Source: Octopus vulgaris
Lineage: Eukaryota
DNA: 64,000 nt
Direction: 5' to 3'
Assembly: GCA_951406725.2 (NCBI GenBank)
Contig: OX597819.1
Span: forward strand, 113,956,001 to 114,020,000
Numbering within the stretch: position 1 is the first letter of the stretch; the number at the start of each line of letters is the position of its first letter. A program made the position numbers and the translations under genes. Shown piece after piece: positions 23,997 to 36,600 of the stretch. Below the pieces are notes generated by a model that saw only the letters and a program-made list of their open reading frames with translations, did no database searches and was not told where the DNA came from.

Positions 23997-26281
23997 CTGT
24001 ATCATAACGAAACATTATCACATTTATGAAATAAGTCTGAAGATTACATTCCCCCCCCCCCCACAGCAAATAAAATAAAGAAACAAAGAAAATCCCTGAA
24101 GCAAACTATTCATAAAATCAGATAGAAAGTATACAAGTACAGAGAGAGAGAGAGAGAGGGAGGAAGAGAGAGAGAAAATGCATCAGGGGGGGAAGAGAAG
24201 AGACAGAATGTGAATAAAAGAGGTGAGAAATGAAAGAGACAGGCAGAAATAGAGAGAGAGAGACACAGACAGACAGAAAGAGAGAGAGAGAGTAGTTTAA
24301 ACATCTTTTCTACAAACAGTGCTACTCAAAATATAAAGATAAAAGAAAAAGTGTGTAATGGAATTGCTATCACAGAGTAAATCAATATATCTTACAGTTT
24401 CCATTAGATATTGGTTGACTTGTTCACCAAGTCTCCGTTACCTTCACCAGGTTAACAAGGTTGATGTCTATTCCACAGAAGTCTACTTACAAATTGATAT
24501 GAACCCTTTTACAACCACCTTTGCAACAACAACATGGCTGCTAGTTGTTTTGCTCCAAGTCAGTCCCAATCAGAGCTATGATGAAAGCAATCCAGCCATG
24601 ACCACAGTTCTTATTTTTTTTCTGTTTCTGCTTTGAAGTGTATGTCTAAGATTACATTATCTGATGTCTTCCTCTTCTTATTTTTAAGATGATAGTGTGA
24701 TTTGCTATGATGACAACAATAACAACAAAGTTTTTATTTTTAAGTCAATGAAAAAATAATCCCATAAGTGAAGACCAAGAATTTTAAATATTTAGGAAAC
24801 AGAACAAAAATTCCTCTACTCTGGGAATCATTTGAGATCACTAAACTTTATGTGTGACACTTATGTCAATAAAATATCCATTTCTGTTGTATTGTTGCCA
24901 ATTTTATCTTGAATGTTATGGTATAGTGACTGCAGCTTGATTTCAATTCCCATTTGCATCTGTTTCATATCACCTAAGTTACTTTTTCTAAAATAAATAT
25001 AGATTTTACATGTTAAAAAATAATAATAAAGAGGTTTTTGTATGTAGTGCTCAGGTGCAGTGCGACTTGCCAGAAAAGGGTAAAAGAGGAAACAGAGAGT
25101 AGCAATAAATTCAGTAAGAAAAGAGAAGTGTTAGTCAAAAGTGTATGCATTGAACACAGTGTAAGACACAAGAAAGAAAAGAGAACAGTGAAAGAGTCAC
25201 AAAAATGAAAGGGTGCACAAGTATGGCAAGAGTAGTGTTGGAAAAGTTCAGAAAGCATGGAAGTTTTGAAGGATACAATATTGTCCTCAGAGATAGTAGC
25301 TGACACAAATAGTTTATTTTATGCTTTGACAATCCTAAACATGAAAAAATGTTTCCAAAAGTTATGGGTGCTGCTCAGTTTTTTAAAACTTTTATAAGCA
25401 TGTCCATGGGTGGTAGAGATACTGACTCAAAAAAAAGGTGACCAAAATTATTGGAAAGATGGTGGATAATCTTGTGGATTTCTACCCAGTCAACTGCTAG
25501 ACATTGAAGCTTTAGTGTGAATGTATATATAAAAGTATATACATATAAGACATTGAAGCTTTATATGAATGTATATATAAAAGTATATATATAAATGTAC
25601 TATAGCTATAAATAGGTTTAAATAGATAGCCTGTGAACAGCTGACAAAGGCCTTACTGAATGATGCTAAGACACCTTCAGCCTTTTTGATGAGTATAAGG
25701 AATATGGTTCATTCAACACAGCTCACTGTTGACAATAACACCTAGGTCATCATGTTCACCAACACACTTCTTAAAATTGGTGATGTAGAGGGAGTGGGTA
25801 ATTTCTAGGTTTTACCTACCAAAATGTATAACGGTGCATATTTATTCCCAGCCGACATGAGCTGCCAGTGACCAATCCAATACTGTATTGTATCCAAGTC
25901 AAATTGCAGGAAAGATCTACAACATTTAGGACCTGTTCATTTTAGCCCATGGTCCAACTTCATCCTTCAGATTAATATGTCAAAAGTAATCCTTGTTTAT
26001 TCACATTTAAAAAAATTAATCTGGTATTATCTTGTAGCTTCAAAATTTGAAAGATGTAATTGTTTATTTTCAGAATGATATTGCAGAATAGGTGTGATAT
26101 GCTGGTTCTGGCCAGTTTGAGCATAAAATGGGTAGAATATTTGGGCCGGATACAGCCAGTTTAAACGCTAAAGAGTTAATGTAGTCTTGACCTGAGGAGG
26201 GACCAAAGGTAAAGTTAGCTTCAACAGCATTTGTCTCAGAATCCAAAAGAACAATGTTAGCTAGTATTCTACAGTTTATGC

Positions 26282-26600
26282 CATCATCATCATCATTTAA
26301 CGTCCGCTTTCCATGCTGGCATGGGTTGAACGGTTCAACTGGGGCCTGGGAAGCCAGAAGGCTGCACCAGGCCCAGTCTGATCTGGCAGTGTTTCTACAG
26401 CTGGATGCCCTTCCTAACGCCAACCACTCCGTGAGTGTAGTGGGGGCTTTTTACGTGCCACCGGCACGGGGACCAGACAAAGCTGGCAATGGCCACGGTC
26501 GGATGGTACTTTTTATGTGCCACCGGCACGGAGGCCAGTCAGGCGGCGCTGGCTACGGCCACGTTCGGATGGTTCTCTTACGTGCCACCAGCACTGGTAT
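26282..26600 (-). mobile_element. RTE 3' tail (family B) copy, CpG-rich
   Basis: (CAT)n end, conserved tail and three tandem tttacgtgccaccggcacg units. Confidence 0.85.
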
Positions 26601-27009
26601 CACAGAGGAAATATATTTCCAAACAGTCCAAGAATTGCTGTTTCCTGTTGTTTAGCCAGAGGTCAACCACAATTAGGATGACCAATGCTCAAAGGTATGC
26701 CTTCTGTCTAACAATGAGACTCAGACAATCTAAGATTGCATTATTTGATATGTCCCCTTCTTTTTAAAGACAGTAAGGTAAACTTTGAGAGAAATTTTGC
26801 TGCTGAAGGTAGCAGATAATGTAACCGTATAGAGACTCTCCCATTGAACCAAATGGCAGTTGTTAGCTCAGGATTGATGTGGCTTAAGAAGAATAGAATC
26901 TTCTCCAGGACAGAACACCAGTCCACGGTAGGCATTATTTGATGGAGAGTTGATACTTATTCCCAACAGTTAGATGAAACGAATCAAGCAGTATAGAAAT
27001 AAGAATAAG

Positions 27010-27483
27010 TAAGGCAATAAGCTGGCTGACACGTTTGCACACCAAGCGAAATGCTTAGCAGTACATTCTGAGTTCGAATTCCGCCGAGGTCGACTTTGCC
27101 TTTCATCCTTTCGGGGTTGATTAAATAAGTACCAGTTATGCACTGGGGTCAATATTTCTTTATTGCCCACAAGGGGCTAAACACAGAAAGGACAAACAAG
27201 GACAGACAAACGGATTAAGTCGATTATATCGACCCCATGGCGTAACTGGTACTTAATTTATCGACCCCGTAAAGGATGAAAGGCAAAGTCGACCTCGACG
27301 GAATTTGAACTCAGAACGTAACGGCGGGCGAAATACCGCTAAGCATTTCACTCGGTGTGCTAACATTTCTGCCAGTTCACCACCTTCCCACTGGGGTCAA
27401 TATAATCAACTTAACCCATTTATCTGTCCTTGTTTGTCCCCTGTATGTGTAACCCCTTGTGGGCAGTAAAGAAATAAATAAGA
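27010..27483. mobile_element. Family D SINE (+) with a second family D SINE inserted antisense at 27156-27388
   Basis: 15-bp TSD CACTGGGGTCAATAT (27141-27155, 27389-27403). Both copies carry GAGTTC(G/A)AATTCC and the gtcgactttgcctttcatcc domain. Confidence 0.88.
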
Positions 27484-29026
27484 ATCCTGTCAGATTCAAC
27501 TCTATGTTAAGCTTTGAGGTAACAAAGCGAATATCAAAACTGCCTAAATCCTCTCCATCATCACTAATGCAGTAGTGGTTCTAAGTAGAACGGCTTTCAA
27601 TTTTTTTAACTATTTATGTTTATTTTTATTGGATTCATTAGGGGAAATGGGTCGTGACCATAGCCTTTGCAGGCTGTCTGAGGCAGGTGATATCAATTTG
27701 GTTAATGCACATCTTAAATAACTGCAAGTTGATGAATGCAAGAAAAATACAAATGAGGTGGTGGTTTCAGGGGACAACCTGAGGACTGGCCACAGTGGAT
27801 AGTACAAAGCTTAGGGTGCAGTGTGTGTGTCTGGTTGGGGCTAATAAAAGTGGTAAGAGCAGTGACAAATGATTTAGGAGAGTCTGAGTGGGAATGGCTT
27901 GTGTGTTGTGACAATTTCCTGATTTACCAATTCTTATAAAAGCCAGAAGTATTGCTTCAATTAAAAAAAAGGGAAATCTTTTTAAGTCCTCAGAATGGTC
28001 TTAAGTACTGGAGCTTAATTTTTTCAGATTAAAAGTACAAAACAGATGAGAGATTACTCTCCTCTGGATGAGACACCAGCTTATTGCAAATGAGTTTCCT
28101 AGATACTTTGGTAAACAAAGGCATATAAATTAAATATCATACTCCAAGAGACAATGAAACTTGATAAATTTGAACACTGACACTTGAGCCAACTGTATAG
28201 TATCCTATTTACTCAGGCAATGCGTGTGTATATTTGTGTATGTGTGTGTGTGTGCTTGTTTAGTGCCTAGGGGTGGGGCGTATGGAAGAAGTGGTACAGT
28301 GCCAACAGACTAAATGCTTTGTAATATTTAGTTATATGCCTTGGTATCCTGAGTTTAAATATTACTGAAATTAAATTTATCTTCCATCTATTGAGTGGTT
28401 AATAAAATAAGTACCAGCCAAGTATGGGAGAAGGACCAATTATTTCAACTAATATTACTGTTGCAAACCTGAGAACTTTGGGGGATTATGGATGAAACAT
28501 CAAATTGAGTATGAACCTGTTAGGTGTGTGACATTAACCTTCAAGAAAGAAAGCGTAACTGAACTGAGAGAGATGATATGTACAAGAGATGAGTTGTGTT
28601 GATGGACATGTGTTGTGAATGGACAAGTGGATGCTGTGTGAAAAAGTCAATGATTGGAGAGCACCTATTGCAAAGGGAGACATAACAAACTGTAGTGAGG
28701 TTAGATCTTGAGTACTCATAGATAGAATGAAAGGAGATAGAAGGAAGTGGCACTATGCCATACTAAAGAGAATCTTGTCAAGAGTGAGCAACCCCCATGC
28801 AACTGGGTGCAAAATGATAACGACATGAGTAATGAATCTGGATTAAGTTTAGACCAATACCATAGTAGAACACCCAAGCATGGGAACATGGAGTCTTTAC
28901 TGATAAGATATCACAGAATGAAGGTGCCTAGACAAATGCATCAGCTGACTTCTCAATTGTGTCAAGTTGGACAAATAAATATTAAAATATTGAAAATGAT
29001 GACAATGATAAAGCAGGAAACATTAA

Positions 29027-29869
29027 CCCTTTAGCATTCAGATTGCTCTGTCAAATGCAACACTTACTTATTCACATTGTTTTGAATTAATCATGCATTA
29101 TCTTGTAGTTTTGAAATATTGATGATGTCATCATCATCATTGTTTAACATCTGCTTTCCATACTGGCATGAGTTGGATGGTTTGACTGAGCCAGAAGGCT
29201 GCACCAGGCTCCAATCTGATCTGGCAAAGTTTCTACAGCTGGATGCCCTTCCTAATGCCAACCGCTCTGAGAGTGTAGTGGGTGCTTTTACATGCCACCG
29301 GCATGAGGGCCAGTCAGGCAGTGCTGGCAGTGACCATGCTCAAATGTTTTTCACGTATCACCAGCACATGTACTAGTAAGGCGACATTGGCAATGATCCC
29401 GCTTGAATGGTGCTTTTTATATGCCACCGGCATGGGAACCAGTCAGCGGCCCCGGCAACGATCACGCTCAGATGGTGCTTTCAACATTCCACTGGCACGA
29501 GTGCCGATCAGGTGGCACTGTCATTGGCCACATCAGCAATTTTGATTTCACTTGCCTCAACAGCTCTTCGTAAGCAAAGTTTATTGTCCAATGAATGAAG
29601 GGTACTCATAAGTGGGCTAGTTATACACCACTGGCATAGGCCATGGGTTATGGTCTCACTTGGTTTGTTGGGTCTTCTCAAGCACAGCATATCTCCAAAG
29701 GTCTCGGTCACTAGTCATTGCCTCAGTGAGGCCCAATATTCGAAGGTCGTGCTTTTGTTTAATTTTAGAATGACATTGTAGTGGAGTGTAAGAAGCCAGA
29801 TCTCAACAATCTGAGCATAAAACAGGTAGAATATTTGGGCTGGATATGACCAGTTTAAATGCTAAGGGG
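29027..29869. mobile_element. piggyBac-type MITE with a nested RTE 3' end (29128-29755, -)
   Basis: TTAA|CCCTTTAGCATT...AATGCTAAGGGG|TTAA. The insert encodes KHDLRILGLTEAMTSDRDLWRYAVLEKT followed by the family B UTR. Confidence 0.82.
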
Positions 29870-30081
29870 TTAAACTAAATGCTACTTAGAGTGAAGCTTT
29901 GAATTTGAGGTAACTACTGACAACCAGTGTTGGCAACAATTAATCCAAAGGAAAGTTCATAGCCTACTGCTAAGTTCGATTGTCAGAAGTTACACTCTTC
30001 ACAGTAGTCAACTTATTGACACTATAAATTCTCTTTTAAATATTACAAACTTCCTTAAACAAAAGAGGAAGGTCAACTTAC

Positions 30082-30264
30082 AACATATTTGGTCCCAGTT
30101 TTATCTTTAGCAGTACAAAGCATGATATAAACAGTCCTCTGTTTATTTGTACTGCCTGGGTTTTGTCCAATACTTAAATAGCCTCGGCTGCAACGTCCTG
30201 AGCTCTTCAAATTATGGGATGGTAAAGCCCGGTTACTGATTTCCATGTCACATTGAAGCCGCAT
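30082..30264 (-). CDS. LRR1: LRR1 coding exon 1 (N-terminal PH-like domain)
   Basis: MRLQCDMEISNRALPSHNLK...LCTAKDKTGTKYV resembles human MKLHCEVEVISRHLPALGLR...ISTLKDKRGTRYE. GTAAGT donor at 30081; AG acceptor at 30272-30271, 6 nt before the ATG. Confidence 0.92.
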
Positions 30265-30599
30265 CTTTACCTAATAATGAAATAACAAAACAGGAAATAC
30301 AATTTCTTAGTATTTTTTAAAGTTAATAATATGGTTATAAATTCCAAACTGAACTTCATATTTTGAGAGTTGGCATTGTGGGGTCAAAAGCATCTGCTTC
30401 TATATTACAGTTAAGAAATTAGCAGTAGAAAGGGCAATTGCTAACCCTTGACAAGGCACAATTATGTTCTACATAAAGTTATTACCCTTATATGAGATAA
30501 TAAAGCTATCAGACACACACACAAATACTGAATGAAAATGCCATGTAACTTTATAGGCAAGCCTTTATATTGCAGCTCCACTAACATTCACTAACTCTT

Positions 30600-31035
30600 C
30601 AGAAATTGCCAACCATGAACTAACTTCAAACATGATACCACAAGCCAAAAACATTTTAATGAACTTGTGAACATGATTATCTTCCTTTTCTCATCTCTGT
30701 GTACTTTCTTATCCAACTCTTTCTTCATAGACTTGAAGAACTCTGGGATTTTTAAGCCCCCTTTTTCCCCAATTACTGACCTACAGAAATTGAAGCTAAA
30801 CATTGAACATAGGGTTCTGCCATCCACTGAGTCCAAAGAATCCAGTGGCAGAGTTCATACACCGAGCTGGACATGTTCCAGCTCTTCATGTTAAGAACTG
30901 GGCACAGGAGCTAACAACTTCATTCTGAAGAATATCTTGTTGCAGAAAAGGCAAAATAAATGGAAGCAGATAGTTGTGACCTTATGATTCTAGCCTTAAC
31001 AAGGATGGATTCAATAAGTATAATGCTGTTAATAT

Positions 31036-31110
<75 letters not shown>

Positions 31111-32050
31111 GTAATGAAAACACTGCCAGCTTTTCTTCCCACTACCTGTTACACTCTTAAGTAATAAACCTGTACCTCTACCTACTATAAATAACAATCC
31201 AATATCCCTCGAAGTACCTAAGACTCTTACATTAGGAAAGGTCACTAGACAGTATAGTTCTACATATATGGAAAGATGAAATAATATTACACAAGACATA
31301 GGCACAGGAGTGGCTGTGTGGTAAGTAGCTTGCTTACCAACCACATGGTTCTGGGTTCAGTCCTACTGCGTGGCACCTTGGGCAAGTTGTCTTCTACTAT
31401 AGCCTCGGGCTGACCAAAGCCTTGTGACTGGATTTGGTAGACGGAAACTAAAAGAAGCCCTTCATGTGTGTGTGTATGATTGTGTGTCTGTGTTTGTCCC
31501 CCCCACCATCGCTTGACAACTGATGCTGGTATGTTTACATCGCTGTTACTTAGCAGTTTGGCAAAAGAGACCGATAGAATAAGTACTAAGCTTACAAAGA
31601 ATAAGTCCTGGGGTCGACTTGTTCGACTAAAAGGTGGTGCTCTAGCATGGCCACAGTCAAATGACTGAAACAAGTAACAGAATAAAAGACATCAGAAAAA
31701 CGAAATGGAGGGCAGCATTTCTGCTGCTACTTTATTCAATGCTAGTAAAACTGGAGATATGCAAAATCTCTGCATGTATTCATTCTCATTAAACACTAAC
31801 CTCCAGTTAGCGTTCTATGTTAACTGTTCTAATCTTGCTTGTCAGTTTATCTACACATCTGACAAGACTGCTTCTCCTTCACAAGCTAACCAACACAAAT
31901 TCTTCTCCTTTTTTAAAATGGGAACTATATTTAATGACCCATTCAAAACTCTTTAATATTGAAGCTGTCCATAAACTGCAGCTATTGGAGCCATTAAAGC
32001 TAATTTCAATGCTGCAAATTATTTCACTTAATCAAAACCTTGTAATCGTC
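30600..32050 (-). mobile_element. Possible highly degenerate pogo/Tigger remnant split by a microsatellite and a SINE
   Basis: ACEGEAV...QARLEQLT..NWRLVFNENE resembles GESAS...IFNADE, and ELDKKVHRDEKRKIIMF resembles LDKKMxxxKRKILLF. Weak similarity only. Confidence 0.35.
31300..31689 (+). mobile_element. Full-length SINE family A
   Basis: GGCACAGGAGTGGCTGTGTGGTAAG head, B box GGTTCAGTCC, collinear with 14515-14915. Confidence 0.88.
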
Positions 32051-33495
32051 TCATTTAAAATGATATGATCAGTGAAAACATTCTGAATTAGCTTTATAAA
32101 ATTTGATGACATTTATGGCAAAAGAAAAAAAAAATTTGTAATGATAACAGCTTGCTAGCTCCACTGTTACTAAACCCAACACAAGCCAACCAAGTCGCTA
32201 AATTCAAGCACCAGTCTTTCTTTTAATTCAAAATGTGTTGAAGCTGGTTTTCTATGAAAAAATCTTGCAAGAATATGGAGCAAATTTGAAAGTGAAACAA
32301 ACCCACGCATTTGGAACCTCTCTCTATAGCAACTACTAACCTATTCTATATATATGTTATTATGTCATGACATTTTTGTAAAGAATGTTAGGACAACATG
32401 AAATTATGATGATGTCATACTATCTTTTTAAATCTCCCTTATACCATTTTTCGAAAAGAGAGATAGCAAGCAACTGGACTCTGACCAAATGATTAGTATC
32501 TCCTAACTGGCACTGTATTGTATTTGTGGCTAAGATACTTAAATCACAAAAGCCAATTCTACTCATATAACTATAAGTAGATACTATGAGTAGTGTGATT
32601 CAGAACAGTAAACATTAACAAGGGAAAAGAGAATTTTTATGTGGCAACTCAACCTGCCAAAAATAACAGCTAAATTTTTCCCCAAATCTTAAAAAATTAC
32701 AAGGGTTAAATGTAACCTGGTATACACTATATCCAAAAACAAAAAAAAAAAAATTATAAGATTATCACAGCTAGAATTCCTTTGATCATAAGACCTACTT
32801 GACCAGGGTGAAACAACAACTACATCATGGAATTGACAAATGATTATTTAGCATGCAGTGCCACATTCAAGATCTAGGAGTAAAATATTTCTTTTATTCA
32901 GTGCAAAGGGAAATGAAAGAGAGGTCACAGATCTGAGGATCCTTAGACATCTGAAAAGGAAAGTTGTTGGTATTTGTAAAGCAGTTAAATGCATAAAGTT
33001 AATTTTCACAATTACTTATTTAATCATACAATACTTTGTATCATATAATTTTCCAACTGCCCTGTTTTAGAGACTCTATGCATTTTTAGGAAGAAAAAAA
33101 AAAGAAAAGATTCAAACTTCAAAAGAATACAAAGCTTTTCAGAGGATCCCTCTCTTTACTCTCTCCCTCATGTCACTTGGTTTATCCTAACAATCCACCC
33201 AGTCACATGCATATATCACACCTATAATCGAGTCGTTATTCATACATTGACGATGTACTCAGCATTGTGAACATCATTCATTCTATGGCAAGCTGCAATC
33301 CAAAAAATAAATAACATGATTTCTATATTTTCTCATGACAAAAACCACTTGAGTTCTTTAAGTACCAAGGTCAACTAATTAGAAAAACTCTTACATTTCC
33401 ATTTATCATCACTAACCTATTTTTTTTTTTTTTACATTAATATATTATGCTTTTACTTGCATGGCTCACTGGGCTGTAGACATGTTGGGGAATAG

Positions 33496-33574
33496 CCTTT
33501 AAAGGCATAACTGATCATATCGAAACTGGTACTATTTTGGTACCAGTTTCGATGATTAGTTATGCCTTTAAAGG
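33496..33574. repeat. Near-perfect inverted repeat (35-bp stem, 7-nt loop)
   Basis: cctttaaaggcataactgatcatatcgaaactggtac-tattttg-gtaccagtttcgatgattagttatgcctttaaagg; one G.T pair and one 2-nt bulge. Confidence 0.95.
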
Positions 33575-33578
33575 TTTG

Positions 33579-33811
33579 AAGGTGGCGAGCTGGCAGAAGC
33601 ATTAGCACGCCGGGCGAAATGCTTTGCGGTATTTCGTCTGCTGTTACGTTGTGAGTTCAAATTCCACCGAGGTCGACTTTGCCTTTCATCCTTTCGGGGT
33701 CAATTAAATAAGTACTAGTTACGCACTGGGGTCGATGTAATTGACTTAATACCTTTGTCTATCCTTGTTTGTCCCCTCTATGTTTAGCCCCTTGTGGGTA
33801 ATAAAGAAATA
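33579..33811 (+). mobile_element. Full-length family D SINE
   Basis: ggtggcgagctggcagaa head through aataaagaaata tail; 16-bp duplication GGTACTATTTTGGTAC at 33528-33543 and 33812-33827. Confidence 0.9.
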
Positions 33812-34644
33812 GGTACTATTTTGGTACAAAACTTTGAGGCTATCTATTTCTCAAAAGTTCTAAGATTTAGAACATAAATATGACAAACACAAAGACATGG
33901 GTACACATGTTCACACACACACAAGCATAAATTCTGTCAACCAAATTCCACTAACAAGACATTGATTATAATGAAGCTATAAAGACATTCATCTTTGTTC
34001 CTAAGCAGTGGGATTGAACTCATAACCTATGGTTGTGAAATGAACTTCTTAACCATGTCAGTTTACACACACACACACATATAACAAAACTTAAGAACAA
34101 GGTAGCTTTTGTCCGTCATTTCAAAACAGCATAAGTAAGCAAATAAGGGCTAACATACAAACATGATTGTTAACAGCTAATGCACACACAATGACTTCGG
34201 GGACTGGTCGTTAATTAACATGATTAGGTACTCATGATAAGGCTTCATGATTGCTCATAATGTCTAAGATGTATTCAAAGAAGTGACATTTCATACTAAG
34301 TAATTAGGACATTTCCAGGGAAATTGTCCTTTTAATTGCACTTAAACAGCCATAGGTTTCAAACAGAATTGAAAATAACAATTATATATCATTCAATGCT
34401 TTAAAATAACAATTACGCTCAGAATAAAGACTATAATGATCATAACAAACAAAAACCTCAACCACATGAAATTATGTGAGCAGGTGTGTGAGTATTACTA
34501 TTATAAATGTGACAAGCTGGCAGGATTGTCAGCTTGTCGGGCATAATGCTTAGCAACACTTCTTCCAGCTCTATGCTCTGAGTTCAAATTCCACTGAGGT
34601 TGACTTTGCCTTCCATCCTTTCAGTGGGTTAATAAAATACCAAT

Positions 34645-34957
34645 GTGGAGGCGCAATGGCCCAGTGGTTAAGGCAGCGGACAATTTCTCTTCTTGAAAAT
34701 TTCTGGCTTAATGCTTGTTTTAGAAGAAAACAATTGTTACTATTAAAAACAGGGGATGGTGGTGATCCCTGCTGTACTCTTTCAACAACTTTCTCTCACT
34801 CTTACTTCCTGTTTCTGTTGTACCTGTATTTCAAACTTGTCACTCTCTGTGTCACGCTGAATATTACATTAAGGGTTCAGCCACTTACACGTTAATTTCA
34901 CGAGCAGGCTGTTCCGTTGATTCAGATCAACCAGAATCGTAACCAACGGAGTGCTTC
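34645..34957 (+). mobile_element. tRNA-derived SINE family C inserted in an older family D SINE
   Basis: GGAGGCGCAATGGCCCAGTGGTTAAGGCAGCGGAC tRNA-like 5' half; 11-bp TSD AAAATACCAAT (34634-34644, 34958-34968). Confidence 0.82.
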
Positions 34958-35240
34958 AAAATACCAATTAATGATATAGATATGATCAACAATTCTCTTC
35001 TGAAAATTTTGGCTTAATGCTTGTTTTGTTACTATTAAAAACAAGTCCAACAATTGAACAAACTAAGTTTTATTTTGTCCTTCAGATGTTCCTAGGCAAA
35101 ATAAAGCACTTATGTAGATTCACCCAGAACATACATGCATGCATGCATGTATGTATGTTCTTTTTCAATTTAGAATAAATTTTGAATGGCTACCTACTTA
35201 GTAGCAAGATTGTGTAAAAAAGGGTCTTGTTTCTTTTTCA

Positions 35241-36600
35241 TCATCCTTTAAATCTTAAGGTCTTGCAGATTTTCATAGTGCCAGATATTGTGATCATTTG
35301 CAGTGAATGAATAAAGGATTTGCGTTCTCTCCCCTGGAACCGAAGTTCAGCCATACTTTGCTCCAGATGGGTTGGTATGTACCCTGTTGCTCCAATAATA
35401 ATAGGGATGAAGCTCAAAGTGTATCTTGGGTACTGGATTTGAAAACTCTTTATCAATGGTCCACATTGGTTCTCCTCTTTCTCTTGTATTTTCCTCATCA
35501 CACTGGTGTCCGAAGGGCAGGTGAATTCCACAACAGAACATATCTTTTCCTTGCGGCCCTACCCAACAATATTTGGCCAGTTGTGTTTTGACTTGTTGAC
35601 TGCTTTGATTTTTAAGTTCCATCAATATTCTTTTGACACATTGGTCTCAATAAAGCCAACTTTGTAGGTGTTTTCTCTTTTGTATTTCTGTTCCAGACTA
35701 TTCTGGCCACTGTATTATGCCTCATGGGAAGATAATAACAAGAAGGCATTCTCTCATAGTTGACAATAATCTGGTTAACGTCTTCATTTTTTGCTCTATC
35801 AATGTTTTCTGCTTTTTATCCTGTAGGTATTTGGTGGGGATCTCTTGTTCTTGAATTCCATGGATGTAGCCTTCGAAGTTGGACATCATAAACTTGTTGG
35901 TACTTCATGCCAAGCTTATGACCTTTTAATCCCTTCTATGGTCTGTGTCTTTCATGCCAAATACCCTTGTACTATCTCCTCAGTGAACTGGTTCATTTTT
36001 TTATTTTGCTCTGATAAATAGATTTTATCAATACTCCTTGGGGAGAGATCCATATCAGCTCTTATTTCATACCTCTCCCTCAAGTTCATTAGTTATCCTA
36101 ATTGTGTTGCTCATTTCATGGTTACAAATTTGGGTAAGATAGTTACTAATCTCTTTCCTCTACTGCAGATTTTCCATTGTCACAATCCATGCTTCATATG
36201 ATATCAATACAAATTTAAGACCATAGCCATCTTCCTTGTGTGGGAAGTATAGCCAGTCTCTGTCTCCAATGATGTTGAAGTTTCCTGTAAAACAGAGCAG
36301 GCTGCAAGTTCAAACATTTATCTCATTGAGTTCTTAAAGTGACCAGTTCAGAAGGTCCAATGTAAGCATGAGGCCAGGCACTGCAAAAGAGTTATAGACA
36401 ATATGCTTGTTGTAAGCTGAGAGTTCTCTTGATTCTCTTTGGTATGTACCCTGTTCCTCCAATAATAATAGGGATGAAGCTCAGTATATCTTGGGTACTG
36501 AATTTGCAAACTCTTTATCAATGGATACCTCTTTTCTGAGGTATTAATTCCTGGTCCTCTCCTTATTTATGGGTCCATCATATGCGACATTCTCATTTGT
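35241..36600 (-). mobile_element. Degenerate non-LTR retrotransposon with a C-terminal restriction-like endonuclease (R4/Dong/NeSL-like)
   Basis: Motifs in order: ELSAYNKHIVYNSFAVP, YFPHKEDGYGLK, GYIHGIQEQEIPTKY, YLPMRHNTVARIVW, VEFTCPSD, IPIIIGATG. Many frameshifts. Confidence 0.8.

Noticed and set aside
25499-25595. Tandem duplication of about 49 bp (agacattgaagcttta...)
   Set aside because: Ordinary slippage-type duplication in TA-rich intron.
26254-26655. Recurrent ORF family with LQLDALPNANH (13211, 26254, 29119, 52302)
   Set aside because: Chance reading of the antisense strand of the family B repeat, with inconsistent starts and stops.
30591-30836. Extra LRR1 coding exon upstream of the ATG (acceptor-like site near 30781)
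   Set aside because: LRR1 homology begins at Met 30264; the ORF ends in a stop and weakly resembles Tigger transposase.
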